Assembly (NCBI GenBank): GCA_964432475.1
Contig: CAYSNN010000001.1
Span: 1-58,237, forward strand
Source of the DNA: an uncultured Gammaproteobacteria bacterium
GTDB lineage: Bacteria > Patescibacteriota > Microgenomatia > Daviesbacterales > UBA10151
Direction of reading: 5' to 3'
DNA length: 58,237 nt
The position numbers and the translations under genes were made by a program. Positions 25,632-34,428 of this stretch are shown piece after piece. Under the pieces are notes generated by a model. The model made no database searches. It had not been told where the DNA came from and worked only from the letters and a program-made list of their open reading frames with translations. Numbering within the stretch: the stretch's first letter is position 1; each line of letters starts with the position of its first letter.

Positions 25632-27326
25632 TTCCGCAGGAGCAATTTTATAATATGTAAAAAGTTGTTTGGCTATTTCAAAAAATGTTGGAGCAGCAGT
25701 TTCTGCTCCAAATATAGAAGATGTCGGCTGATCATATCTAACAAGCATGACAAACTTTGGATCATCTGCCGGAGCAAAGCCAACAAATGAAGCAATGGTT
25801 TTATTGGGGTCATAATGACCTGCAACTGGGATCTGGGCAGTACCGGTTTTACCAGCAACTCTAAACCCGCGAACTTTAGTAAACTTCGCTTCACCGTTCT
25901 CAACAGCCGCTACCATCATCTCTTTAACCATTTTAGATGTTGAATCCGAAATTACCTGTCTGATTACTTTCGGTTTTATTTCATAGGTACTTTCTCCATC
26001 CTTTATTTCTTTTACAACATGCGGCTCCATTAGAAAACCTCCGTTTGCAATTGCCGCAACAGCCCTGACCATCTGAATAGGCGTTACTGCAATCCCCTGT
26101 CCGAATGAGGCGGTTGCCAAATCAATCTCTTTCCATGCATTTTTAGGTCTTATATCCGGCACAGACTCATCCTGTAAATCTATATCTGTTGAATCACCAA
26201 ACCCAAAATTATTTAAATAAGCATAAAATTTATCCAAACCTAGTTTTTTTGCAGCATACACCATACCAGTATTATCTGAATGAACTATTACTTCTGTCAT
26301 TGTAGTATCTATTCGATACTGATTATTCCAAGTCCTAATCGTGAATCCACCCATAGATATAGGACCCGAACATATATCACATCTTGTATCAGGCTTTACC
26401 AGATCCTCATTTAAACTCGCTGCCATAACCAGTACTTTAAAAGTAGAACCGGGTTCATACTGATCAGCCACCACAGAATTTTTATAATACTCTTTCGGAA
26501 AACTAAAATATTTTTGCGGATCGTAACTTGGAAAAGATGCTAAAGCCAAAACAGCACCTGTTTTAGGATCCATCACAACAGCTGAGGCAGCTTTGGCTCC
26601 ATACTTTTCTAGTCCGCTTTTCAAACTTTGTTCAACAATAAACTGAACCGTTCTGTCAATATTTAGACTCAGGTCCTTACCATTTCTTGAATCAGATTTT
26701 AAAAAATTCCCTATTAAAATAGGTAGACCCAAAGCATCCTTTTCATGTCTAACTAAACCTGCCACACCTTTTAGTTCTCTCTCATAAAACCCTTCCAAAC
26801 CAAAATAGCCTTGACTCTCCCCCCTTGCATTAGATCCGACAAAGCCTAAAATCTGTGCAGAAGAAGAACCTTCAGGATAAAAACGGCTGCTGGTCTGATC
26901 AAAACCGATACCTGATAGATTTAAAGCCTCAATCTGTTTTTTCTCTTGTAAGGTTACACTCTTTCTTAAAAGTACCCAATATAAATCCTGCGACAATTTA
27001 CTGATAAAATCTTTCGCAAGACTCTCAATCTCCTCCTCATCCTGTGTTAAAGTTTTTGCGAGTAAATATCCGATTCTAACCTTACTATCCTTGTCAATTA
27101 ACTTAGGTTGTCCAAAAAGAGAAAAAGAGGGATTTGACGCAGCCAAAATAAATCCGTCACTAAATAAAATATTACCTCTTAAAGCTTTTACTTTGACATC
27201 TGTAAAATGCTGTTTTTCAGCCTGAGCCTGTAAATATTCCGCCCGAACAACCTGCCAATAAAACAACCTCATTAGGATAGCAGAGAAAAACAACAGGAAA
27301 AAAAATTTTATTAAAAATATCCGCAT
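25623..27326 (-). CDS. ftsI: class B penicillin-binding protein / transpeptidase FtsI
   Basis: STFK (EPGSTFKV), SxN (HSDNTG) and KTG (GKTGTA) boxes are present, with an N-terminal TM. Confidence 0.93.
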   Translation of the reverse strand: MRIFLIKFFFLLFFSAILMRLFYWQVVRAEYLQAQAEKQHFTDVKVKALRGNILFSDGFILAASNPSFSLFGQPKLIDKDSKVRIGYLLAKTLTQDEEEIESLAKDFISKLSQDLYWVLLRKSVTLQEKKQIEALNLSGIGFDQTSSRFYPEGSSSAQILGFVGSNARGESQGYFGLEGFYERELKGVAGLVRHEKDALGLPILIGNFLKSDSRNGKDLSLNIDRTVQFIVEQSLKSGLEKYGAKAASAVVMDPKTGAVLALASFPSYDPQKYFSFPKEYYKNSVVADQYEPGSTFKVLVMAASLNEDLVKPDTRCDICSGPISMGGFTIRTWNNQYRIDTTMTEVIVHSDNTGMVYAAKKLGLDKFYAYLNNFGFGDSTDIDLQDESVPDIRPKNAWKEIDLATASFGQGIAVTPIQMVRAVAAIANGGFLMEPHVVKEIKDGESTYEIKPKVIRQVISDSTSKMVKEMMVAAVENGEAKFTKVRGFRVAGKTGTAQIPVAGHYDPNKTIASFVGFAPADDPKFVMLVRYDQPTSSIFGAETAAPTFFEIAKQLFTYYKIAPAEYP

Positions 27327-27622
27327 TAGCGAATATATAATATACTTTGACTCGAAGAAAATCCAAGTTGTGCCGATTTTGATGCAATATTTACTAATGC
27401 TGCATTTTTTGCAATCTCATTTTCTAGAACCTGATTTTCCATTTTAAGGTTATTCTCAAGCGCAGATAATTTTTCAAACTTTTCACCATATGCAATCATA
27501 GTATTACTAACCCAAATCTCAATTAAAGTTAAAGTAAATAAGCTCAAAGCAGTTAAAATGATATACTTCTTTGAAAACTTCTTTTGATTTTCTTCCGGGT
27601 CAAATTTTTTAATTATTGTCAT
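27326..27622 (-). CDS. ftsL: FtsL-like small bitopic division protein
   Basis: 98 aa with a TM (IILTALSLFTLTLIEIWV) followed by a coiled-coil-like segment. Positioned between rsmH and ftsI. Confidence 0.7.
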   Translation of the reverse strand: MTIIKKFDPEENQKKFSKKYIILTALSLFTLTLIEIWVSNTMIAYGEKFEKLSALENNLKMENQVLENEIAKNAALVNIASKSAQLGFSSSQSILYIR

Positions 27623-27634
27623 CGTATGTCTCCT

Positions 27635-28525
27635 TTAAGTTAATTTTTTAAAAACTCTCATTTTAGCTGAACGGGATCTTGGGTTGATGGACACTTCCTC
27701 ATCTGTAGGTGTCATCGGTTTTTTGGTTAAAATCTGCCCCAATTCCCTTTCCTCCCATTCTCTAAAAGTATTTTTAACGATCCTGTCCTCAAGTGAGTGA
27801 AAGCTCAAAACCACAATGCGACCATTTTTTCCAACTAAATCTACTGCCTGATTTATCCCTTCTGATAGAGCATTTAGCTCATCGTTTACTGCTATGCGTA
27901 AAGCCTGGAATACTCTGGTTGCCGGATTAATTTTTTCTTTTCTTCCGACTGCTCGCTCAATTATCTTTGCAAGCTCCAAAGTGTTTTCGATTTTTTTTAC
28001 TTTACGGGCGCTGACCAAAGTATTAGCCAAACGCCAAGAATATTTCTCTTCACCCAAATTATTAAATAATTCATAGATCTCCTTTCTTGACAAGTTATTC
28101 ACAAGATCCAAAGCTTGAATACCCAAACTAGGGTCCATCCTCATATCCAAGGGGCCCTCTTTAATAAAAGAAAAACCCCTCTCGGGGCTCTCGAGTTGCA
28201 AACTGGAAACCCCTAGGTCAAAGACTGCACCAGCAATCTTTAGTCTAAGCATGTCCATCTGCTTTTGTATTAAATTTTTTAAATCCCTAAAATTACCCTG
28301 TATTAACCTAAACTTATCTTTCGTAATTCCTAAATCTTCAAATCTCTTTCGCACTCTTTCAAGGGCTTGCGGGTCAACGTCAATTCCGAATACTTTCCCA
28401 CCCCGCGAAATAATTTCTATCGAATGCCCACCGTCACCCAGCGTACAATCTAAATACCAGGCATCCCTGATACTAAGTGCATCTACCACCTCCTTTGGGA
28501 GGACACTTCTATGATACCCTTCCAT
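27635..28525 (-). CDS. rsmH: 16S rRNA (cytosine1402-N4)-methyltransferase RsmH/MraW
   Basis: HRSVLPKEV, DCTLGDGGHS, DLGVSSLQL and SFHSLEDRIVK are present. Confidence 0.95.
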   Translation of the reverse strand: MEGYHRSVLPKEVVDALSIRDAWYLDCTLGDGGHSIEIISRGGKVFGIDVDPQALERVRKRFEDLGITKDKFRLIQGNFRDLKNLIQKQMDMLRLKIAGAVFDLGVSSLQLESPERGFSFIKEGPLDMRMDPSLGIQALDLVNNLSRKEIYELFNNLGEEKYSWRLANTLVSARKVKKIENTLELAKIIERAVGRKEKINPATRVFQALRIAVNDELNALSEGINQAVDLVGKNGRIVVLSFHSLEDRIVKNTFREWEERELGQILTKKPMTPTDEEVSINPRSRSAKMRVFKKLT

Positions 28526-28922
28526 TTTTCTTCCCCAGTCTTTCCTGCTGCTTTTCCCAAAGATCTAAATCCCAAACCTCAAAATGATCACCCGCTCCGA
28601 TTATTAATACCTCTTCCTTAAAATTTAATTTCTCCATAAACTCTTGGGGTAAAATAAACCTTCCTTGGCTGTCTAGAGTACACTCCTCGGCCTTTGGAAA
28701 AAGCTTAAGTCTTCTTACCCTACCTTCTTCAGTAGAAAGCGGGAACTTTAAGACACTTTCTGTAAGTTTCATCCAGTTTAATGGATCAAATCCCCAAATT
28801 TCTCCATTTTCCCCCAAAAGTATATAAAACTTATCTTCATTACCCAATTCTTTCCTAAATCTCTTTGGTAATATTAATCTATTTTTTCCGCTGAAATAAG
28901 TTTTAAAGCTACCCAAAAACAT
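28509..28922 (-). CDS. mraZ: transcriptional regulator MraZ
   Basis: MFLGSFKTYFSGKNRLILPKRFR and a second SpoVT/AbrB-like half (LDSQGRFILPQEF) are present. It is the first gene of the dcw cluster. Confidence 0.9.
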   Translation of the reverse strand: MFLGSFKTYFSGKNRLILPKRFRKELGNEDKFYILLGENGEIWGFDPLNWMKLTESVLKFPLSTEEGRVRRLKLFPKAEECTLDSQGRFILPQEFMEKLNFKEEVLIIGAGDHFEVWDLDLWEKQQERLGKKNGRVS

Positions 28923-28940
28923 ATTTTTTGGGCAGTTTCA

Positions 28941-28997
28941 CCATCTATTCTCATTTTCCGCCATTTAATAATATTTTGTCAAGAGGTAACTTGTGAA
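28941..28997 (-). promoter_or_regulatory. mraZ upstream region: candidate promoter (TTCACA-N18-TATTAT) plus three ARATGR boxes at 10-nt phase
   Basis: The minus strand reads AAATGGCGGA/AAATGAGAAT/AGATGGTGAA. Plus-strand CCAT/TCAT/CCAT fall at 28941, 28951 and 28961. -10 is at 28973-28968 and -35 at 28997-28992. Confidence 0.35.
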
Positions 28998-28998
28998 A

Positions 28999-29904
28999 TT
29001 ATTTTTTAGGGGTTAACACAGCAAAGATTCCACCGCCTGAGGCTTTGCCTGAAAACTTACTTCCTTCAAACTTTCCTTCTGTTTCCTCCCACCTGTTCTC
29101 AGAGGAATTAAAACGATTTAGCCTTGCATCAGCAGACGGGTTCTCTGCCAATTCCAAGCTAACAGACCCCGGCTTCAGCTTCTTAGTAATTGGGATGTTT
29201 AACGAGTAAACTTTTCCCAAAACTTGTTTTCCTGAAGGCAGTTTAGGTACACCGGTTAAGTCGTTTATTATAGAAAACCCAATATTTGATAGCTCCTGTT
29301 TATCTCCTTCGACCTTAAAGGACAAATGCTCGTCTCCTGAGGTTAAAACACCCAAAGCTACATCAGGTTTTTGCAAATGCCACTGGGTCACCATTCTATA
29401 TACTTTGTTACCCTTTTTAATCCGCAGAGTTAAGGTACCGTTTCCCACCCCCTGATCGTATTTACAGACATTTTTACTGCAGGTTCCAAATAAAATTTCC
29501 TGCTCATACTCGCCTTTTTTCTCTTTAGTGTCAATTGTACCAACCACACCTCTGTCTATGCTCTCGCTATTTACAGAACCGCCCGATTCCCCCTCATCTA
29601 ATATTTTATTGCCTTGTACTGCAGTTTCCAAAACCTTGCTTGTATAAGCAAGTTCATAAGTAATTGTGTCATAACTCGCTGTTCTTTTGAGATTCAATAT
29701 TAAGGCGTTTCCGTCACGCCTTGGGGATAAAATTGCATAAGGACCCTCTGGTTCAAAAGCCAAATCTACTTCTTCTAAAGCTCCGCTTTCTTTATTAGTT
29801 AACTTTTGAACCCCCAACCACCCTAAAATCCCTAACAACCCCAAAATCAACACCAGGAAAACAGTAGTCCTATGAAGGGAAAGAAAAACTTTTATCTTTT
29901 CCAT
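28999..29904 (-). CDS. hypothetical N-terminally anchored extracytoplasmic protein
   Basis: 301 aa with a TM (TVFLVLILGLLGILGWLGV). The remainder is hydrophilic and beta-rich. The start overlaps the glyQS stop by 1 nt. Confidence 0.6.
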   Translation of the reverse strand: MEKIKVFLSLHRTTVFLVLILGLLGILGWLGVQKLTNKESGALEEVDLAFEPEGPYAILSPRRDGNALILNLKRTASYDTITYELAYTSKVLETAVQGNKILDEGESGGSVNSESIDRGVVGTIDTKEKKGEYEQEILFGTCSKNVCKYDQGVGNGTLTLRIKKGNKVYRMVTQWHLQKPDVALGVLTSGDEHLSFKVEGDKQELSNIGFSIINDLTGVPKLPSGKQVLGKVYSLNIPITKKLKPGSVSLELAENPSADARLNRFNSSENRWEETEGKFEGSKFSGKASGGGIFAVLTPKK

Positions 29905-31235
29905 TATTTTATCTTACCATCAATGTAGTTGTTTAAGTCAACTATCTTAATTCTCTCCTGCTCGGCAGTGTCTCTATTCCTGACTGTGACTGCCTCATCT
30001 TCTAAACTTTGAAAATCCACGGTAATACAAAAAGGTGTCCCTATCTCATCCTGCGCAGCATATCTTTTTCCGATATTACCCCTATCATCCCAAGCTACCA
30101 TAAAATCCTGTTTTAAATCCAAATATATTGAGCGTGCTTTTTCTACAAGTTCCGGTTTATTTGCAAGTAAAGGAAATACCGCCACTTTTATTGGGGCAAG
30201 CTTTGGATGAAGCTTTAAGACCACTCGACCGTTTTCTTCGGAATACGCATCTATTATCAGAAATAGGATAGAGCGGTCGACTCCGGCTGAAGTTTCAATA
30301 TCCCAAGGTAGATACTCTGTTCCTGTTTGGGGATCACGATAAGTCAAATCCTGACCGGAATACTTTTGATGTCTGGACAAATCCCAGTCACCTCGATGAT
30401 GTATTCCCATAAACTCTGACCAGCCAAATGGGGCATGATATTCTATATCACAAGCTGCTCTCGCATAATGTGCTCTTTCGTGAGTTTCGTGGTCTCTAAA
30501 TCTTAAGTTTTCTCTCTTCATTCCCAAAGACAAGTACCAATCCATCCTTTCCTGTTTCCAATACTCAAACCACTTTTGTCCCTCACCTTCATCTGGTTTA
30601 ATATAAAACTGCACCTCCATCTGTTCAAACTCTCTTGAGCGAAAAGTAAAATTTCCCGGAGTAATTTCATTTCTGAAAGCTTTACCAATTTGGGCAATTC
30701 CAAAAGGGATTTTCACTCTTGTAGAATCTAGTACATTTTTGAAATTAACATGAACCCCGTTAGTTATCTCTCCCCTTAAAAAAATTTCAGATTGTTTTCC
30801 TTCTAAAACCCCCAGATATGCTTTAACAAGTAAATTAAATTGTTTGGGTTGGGTCCATTCCACCTTACTACCCTCACTTCCCTTACCACCCATATGTTCT
30901 TCCTCATGAGCTTTAATTTCCTCCTCTTTATCTGCCCTAAACCTTTGGTTGCAAATTTTACATTCAATAAGTGGATCAGTAAATGCTTCCACATGCCCGG
31001 AGGCTTCCCAAGCTTTAGGATTCATCATGATAGCTGCATCCACCCCGACAATATCCTCCCGGAGTTGCACCATCTCTTTCCACCACAGATCTTTTAAGTT
31101 CTTTTTCATTAAAGACCCGACCGGGCCATAATCCCAAGTCCCCCCCAGTCCGCCGTATATTTCAGAGCCAGGGTAGGTAAAGCCTCTTCTTTTGCAAAGT
31201 GCAACTATTTTATCCATTATATTTTGAGTATCCAT
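29904..31235 (-). CDS. glyQS: glycyl-tRNA synthetase (alpha2 dimeric type)
   Basis: RRGFTYPGSEIYGGLGGTWDYGPVG, FRNEITPGNFTFRSREFEQME and a class II core are present. Confidence 0.95.
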   Translation of the reverse strand: MDTQNIMDKIVALCKRRGFTYPGSEIYGGLGGTWDYGPVGSLMKKNLKDLWWKEMVQLREDIVGVDAAIMMNPKAWEASGHVEAFTDPLIECKICNQRFRADKEEEIKAHEEEHMGGKGSEGSKVEWTQPKQFNLLVKAYLGVLEGKQSEIFLRGEITNGVHVNFKNVLDSTRVKIPFGIAQIGKAFRNEITPGNFTFRSREFEQMEVQFYIKPDEGEGQKWFEYWKQERMDWYLSLGMKRENLRFRDHETHERAHYARAACDIEYHAPFGWSEFMGIHHRGDWDLSRHQKYSGQDLTYRDPQTGTEYLPWDIETSAGVDRSILFLIIDAYSEENGRVVLKLHPKLAPIKVAVFPLLANKPELVEKARSIYLDLKQDFMVAWDDRGNIGKRYAAQDEIGTPFCITVDFQSLEDEAVTVRNRDTAEQERIKIVDLNNYIDGKIK

Positions 31236-31240
31236 ATTTC

Positions 31241-31885
31241 CTAAATCTTTTTTAAAAACTGTCTGCTTTTAAGATGGCCTTCTATCACTTTCTCTACATG
31301 ATATCTTAAGATCCGCTCAAGTTCCATAGCCTCTTTTTCGGAAATCTTTATCCTTGCTATCTCCTCCCAAGATGCACTTTCAAGCTTTTTAAGTAACTCC
31401 CTAATCTCTCCAATATCCCCAACCTCCCTAACATCCCGGGTAAAACTGATAAAACCTAATTTTGAAAGCAGCTTAGCCTCAAAAGCTCTAATAAGTAGTT
31501 GTCTTGGATTATTTGACAACCTTGTTAAAACTTCCAGTAAATCATTGTAAATTGCGGGACTCTCTTGGTTTTCTGCTGTTAGCTTATCAATTAGCTCTAT
31601 TAAATGGTAGGAATAGGTCGAAAGTTTTAAATCACCCTTAAGTTTTTGAAAAGTATCTAAAGAAGTTGCCTCAGTCAGTATTAAAAAATTTTTTCCCGGA
31701 TGTAAATACATCTGCACTCGGTTTAGCAGTTCCACGTTCCCTGCTCTTCTTGAAGTAATCTTTCTCACTCCTCTTGCCAAAACCGGGACCTTCCCCCGAT
31801 GCAGGGTAAAGACAGTCAATATCCTATCCGCTTCCCCAAAGTTTCTTCTTTTTAAAATTATCCCCTCAGTCTTAAACCCTAACAT
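31241..31885 (-). CDS. recO: DNA repair protein RecO
   Basis: TEGIILKRRNFGEADRILTVFT marks the OB-fold N-terminus typical of RecO. 214 aa. Confidence 0.85.
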   Translation of the reverse strand: MLGFKTEGIILKRRNFGEADRILTVFTLHRGKVPVLARGVRKITSRRAGNVELLNRVQMYLHPGKNFLILTEATSLDTFQKLKGDLKLSTYSYHLIELIDKLTAENQESPAIYNDLLEVLTRLSNNPRQLLIRAFEAKLLSKLGFISFTRDVREVGDIGEIRELLKKLESASWEEIARIKISEKEAMELERILRYHVEKVIEGHLKSRQFLKKI

Positions 31886-31897
31886 AGTGGAGAAGGT

Positions 31898-33802
31898 TTA
31901 CCCCACCTTAAACTTAAATTCTTTATCCTCATCTAATTTAAAGTCTTCCATTTGTCTGCCATTAAGTTTAATTTTATATCTAAAATCTTTTGCCCCGGGT
32001 TGCTTTTGAATTAATAATCCGTACTCTCCCTGCGGATTGTAAGGGATAGTATACTCTAACTCCACTTTTCTTTTGTTCTGGGGCCTGACTGTAATAAATC
32101 CTTCAAAAACAGTTTTCCCTAAATCATCCTCTATAGTTCTAAAACCATCTTCAGAGCCTTTTCCGGAAATGAGCTTTGCTCCTCTGGGAACATAAAATCT
32201 GACATAATCACGGTTTATACCATTAAGCCATATTCCAAAAGGTTGGGGATTTTCATATTCTATTGTTATCTTCTTCTTCACTTCATCTTTTTGTATATTA
32301 ATTTCTTGGGTCACAGTTTGTTGAACGTATAAATTAGATTTTCCCCCCGCAAAGTTTGAATCATTAATATGGAGAAAATCCCCGTCAAACTGCTTGATCT
32401 CTCCTGTCCAGTCTAATTTTGACAAAGCTGTCTGGGTTGCTTGATCATGCATAAAAAACATTACATGTTTGTGATTGGCAAGCCTTGCAATAGTTTCGGC
32501 AAGCTGGGGTATTTTTTCAACGTCTGCCCCCACAGATCTTGCTAAAATCTGTTGCATTAATACTCCGAGTATTGCCTTTCTGTCTTTTTCTCCTTTAGCT
32601 GCAATTTCTGCATAAGACTCAAGTTCATATATCACATTCGGACAGTTACACCTTTTATCAGTTTCTGAAGAATATATAGTACCGAAAACATCAATAGGGC
32701 CTGTTACATCTATCATTTCCTCAACAACCTGTGAGTCTATAAAAATAATTCCGTCAAATGGCAAACCCTCCCCTAAAAGCTGATACATCCGTTCAAACTC
32801 TTTTGCTGCAGTTGGGACATCGGGTGAAATATTAGAATCCCTCATACTCCATGCAGACCTGGGTTTTCCTGAAACTTCGGGTAAATATTTAATAATCGGA
32901 GCTGGGGGAGTCAACGGGCATATTTTATTTAAGCAAACATTTAACAGCTTTTCATCCAGCCTATAAATATCATCGGAAGTTGTTGCCGAAACCTGTCCGT
33001 TTTGAATCTTCAAAGTTGCAAAAGCTGTGATAAAGCCGCCGGTTGGTCTGATTTCTTTATCGTTTTGGAAAAGTAATAGATAATTTTTTGTATCAGGTAC
33101 ACCTAAAGCTTTAGGTGCAATTACTAATGCATCCTTGCCTTCATCTACAGCAATAGAAGCGCCAATTATAAAATTTTTAGCAACTTCTATATTCTTTCTG
33201 ACTGTTCTGCCTTTGAAGCTTTCCGGGTATTTACTGGTATCAATATCCCAAACTTTCTCTGCACCTTTTCTTAAATTACCTTCAATTTTATTTACCAGAG
33301 GGATGGTTTTATTTAATATCTTAACTCCTTGAGTCACTCTGTCAGGTCCGCTTTTAGGGTGACCATCAAATCCTAACTCGTCTTTGCTTTGTTCAAGGTT
33401 TGCTAAAATTGTAGTTAAAGCAGACATTTCTTGAACTCCTGCACCGATAAACCCCTTGGTATCTGAATAGTATCCCCCTAATACAGGAATCGGTTTAATC
33501 CAAAACAGAAAATTTAAAGAGAAATTAATCTTTTGCAATCCGCCCCTTGTTGCACTTACCTCATTTTTCAAATTATTAAAATTTTGCTCTTTGTATGCAC
33601 CAATTAGAGCCTTTCCGTGAGTTGAAACTTCCTTAAAACCAAGAAAAATAAATACGGAAGGGATAATAGTTAGAATAATTAGTATCCCCAGCACCACCGA
33701 AAGCCTAATAAGCAGAACCTTTTTTTTATTACGCCTTGTGTTTCCATGTAAGCTGTCTATTTTGCTGTTTAAATTTAACAACTTCATAATACTAGACTGC
33801 AC
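31898..33802 (-). CDS. DUF4012-like membrane-anchored extracytoplasmic protein
   Basis: 634 aa with an N-terminal TM. The segment NYLLLFQNDKEIRPTGGFITAF matches the remembered DUF4012 signature (N..E.R.TGGF). Adjacent to the sugar transferase. Confidence 0.65.
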   Translation of the reverse strand: MQSSIMKLLNLNSKIDSLHGNTRRNKKKVLLIRLSVVLGILIILTIIPSVFIFLGFKEVSTHGKALIGAYKEQNFNNLKNEVSATRGGLQKINFSLNFLFWIKPIPVLGGYYSDTKGFIGAGVQEMSALTTILANLEQSKDELGFDGHPKSGPDRVTQGVKILNKTIPLVNKIEGNLRKGAEKVWDIDTSKYPESFKGRTVRKNIEVAKNFIIGASIAVDEGKDALVIAPKALGVPDTKNYLLLFQNDKEIRPTGGFITAFATLKIQNGQVSATTSDDIYRLDEKLLNVCLNKICPLTPPAPIIKYLPEVSGKPRSAWSMRDSNISPDVPTAAKEFERMYQLLGEGLPFDGIIFIDSQVVEEMIDVTGPIDVFGTIYSSETDKRCNCPNVIYELESYAEIAAKGEKDRKAILGVLMQQILARSVGADVEKIPQLAETIARLANHKHVMFFMHDQATQTALSKLDWTGEIKQFDGDFLHINDSNFAGGKSNLYVQQTVTQEINIQKDEVKKKITIEYENPQPFGIWLNGINRDYVRFYVPRGAKLISGKGSEDGFRTIEDDLGKTVFEGFITVRPQNKRKVELEYTIPYNPQGEYGLLIQKQPGAKDFRYKIKLNGRQMEDFKLDEDKEFKFKVG

Positions 33803-34421
33803 CTTTACCGGAAAGAACTGCCGGAATTGTTTTTAACATAATCCAAAAGTCATAAATTAGTGACCGCTTCTTAACATACCAGGCATCCAGTTCTACTCTT
33901 TTATCAAAATTGATCTCAGATCTTCCTGTGACTTGCCAAATACCTGTTAATCCGGGTTTTCCTGATAATATTATCTTAACAAATTTCTTAGACGAAGGAT
34001 ACTTTTCCTGTTGCTCTTCTAGCTCATAAGGATAGTAAGCCCTGGGTCCAACCAGACTCATCTCTCCCTTTAAAATATTAAGAAACTGAGGAAATTCATC
34101 GATAGAAAATCTTCTGATAAATTTTCCAACACCTGTCACTCTTGGATCATTAAAAATCTTGTAGCTGTTTTTTTTGTACTCATCAAGCAGAAGAGGGTTA
34201 TTTTCTAGTAACTCCTGCGCATTTTGTACCATAGACCGAAACTTATATATCCTAAACAATCTTCCGTTTTTTCCTGCTCTCATCGGAGTATCAGCTAGAA
34301 CCGGTCCGGGTGAATCTAATTTTATAGCGAGTGCAACAAGCATTAGTAGGGGAGAAAGAAATATCAGACCCACCAGTGAACCAACAACATCAATGGATCT
34401 TTTGGAGAAACTATAGATCAT
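33792..34421 (-). CDS. polyprenyl-phosphate phosphoglycosyl transferase (Bac_transf/WbaP-C-like initiating enzyme)
   Basis: RIYKFRSM, DEFPQFLNILKGEMSLVGPR and GLTGIWQVTGRS are present. Confidence 0.92.
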   Translation of the reverse strand: MIYSFSKRSIDVVGSLVGLIFLSPLLMLVALAIKLDSPGPVLADTPMRAGKNGRLFRIYKFRSMVQNAQELLENNPLLLDEYKKNSYKIFNDPRVTGVGKFIRRFSIDEFPQFLNILKGEMSLVGPRAYYPYELEEQQEKYPSSKKFVKIILSGKPGLTGIWQVTGRSEINFDKRVELDAWYVKKRSLIYDFWIMLKTIPAVLSGKGAV

Positions 34422-34428
34422 ATAACTT

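Noticed and set aside
25673-25903. Same-strand out-of-frame ORFs nested in ftsI (25673-25903), glyQS (30518-30703, 30803-30994), the GT39-like gene (38294-38554) and the Wzy_C-like gene (39796-40038).
   Set aside because: They are fully contained in longer ORFs with clear family motifs, and there is no independent signal.
28977-28982. A perfect TTGACA -35 hexamer upstream of mraZ.
   Set aside because: No acceptable -10 hexamer lies 16-18 nt downstream (GGAAAA or CGGAAA). The TTCACA-N18-TATTAT combination fits better, so TTGACA alone was not called as the promoter.
30855-30900. A shared Gly/Ser/Glu-rich insert in GlyRS (GGKGSEGSK) and IleS (GEGSRGNEGSRGN), as a possible common in-frame mobile insertion.
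   Set aside because: The DNA similarity is limited to short purine-rich GGGAAG/GAGGG strings. Both sites are known variable loops. There is not enough evidence for a shared element.
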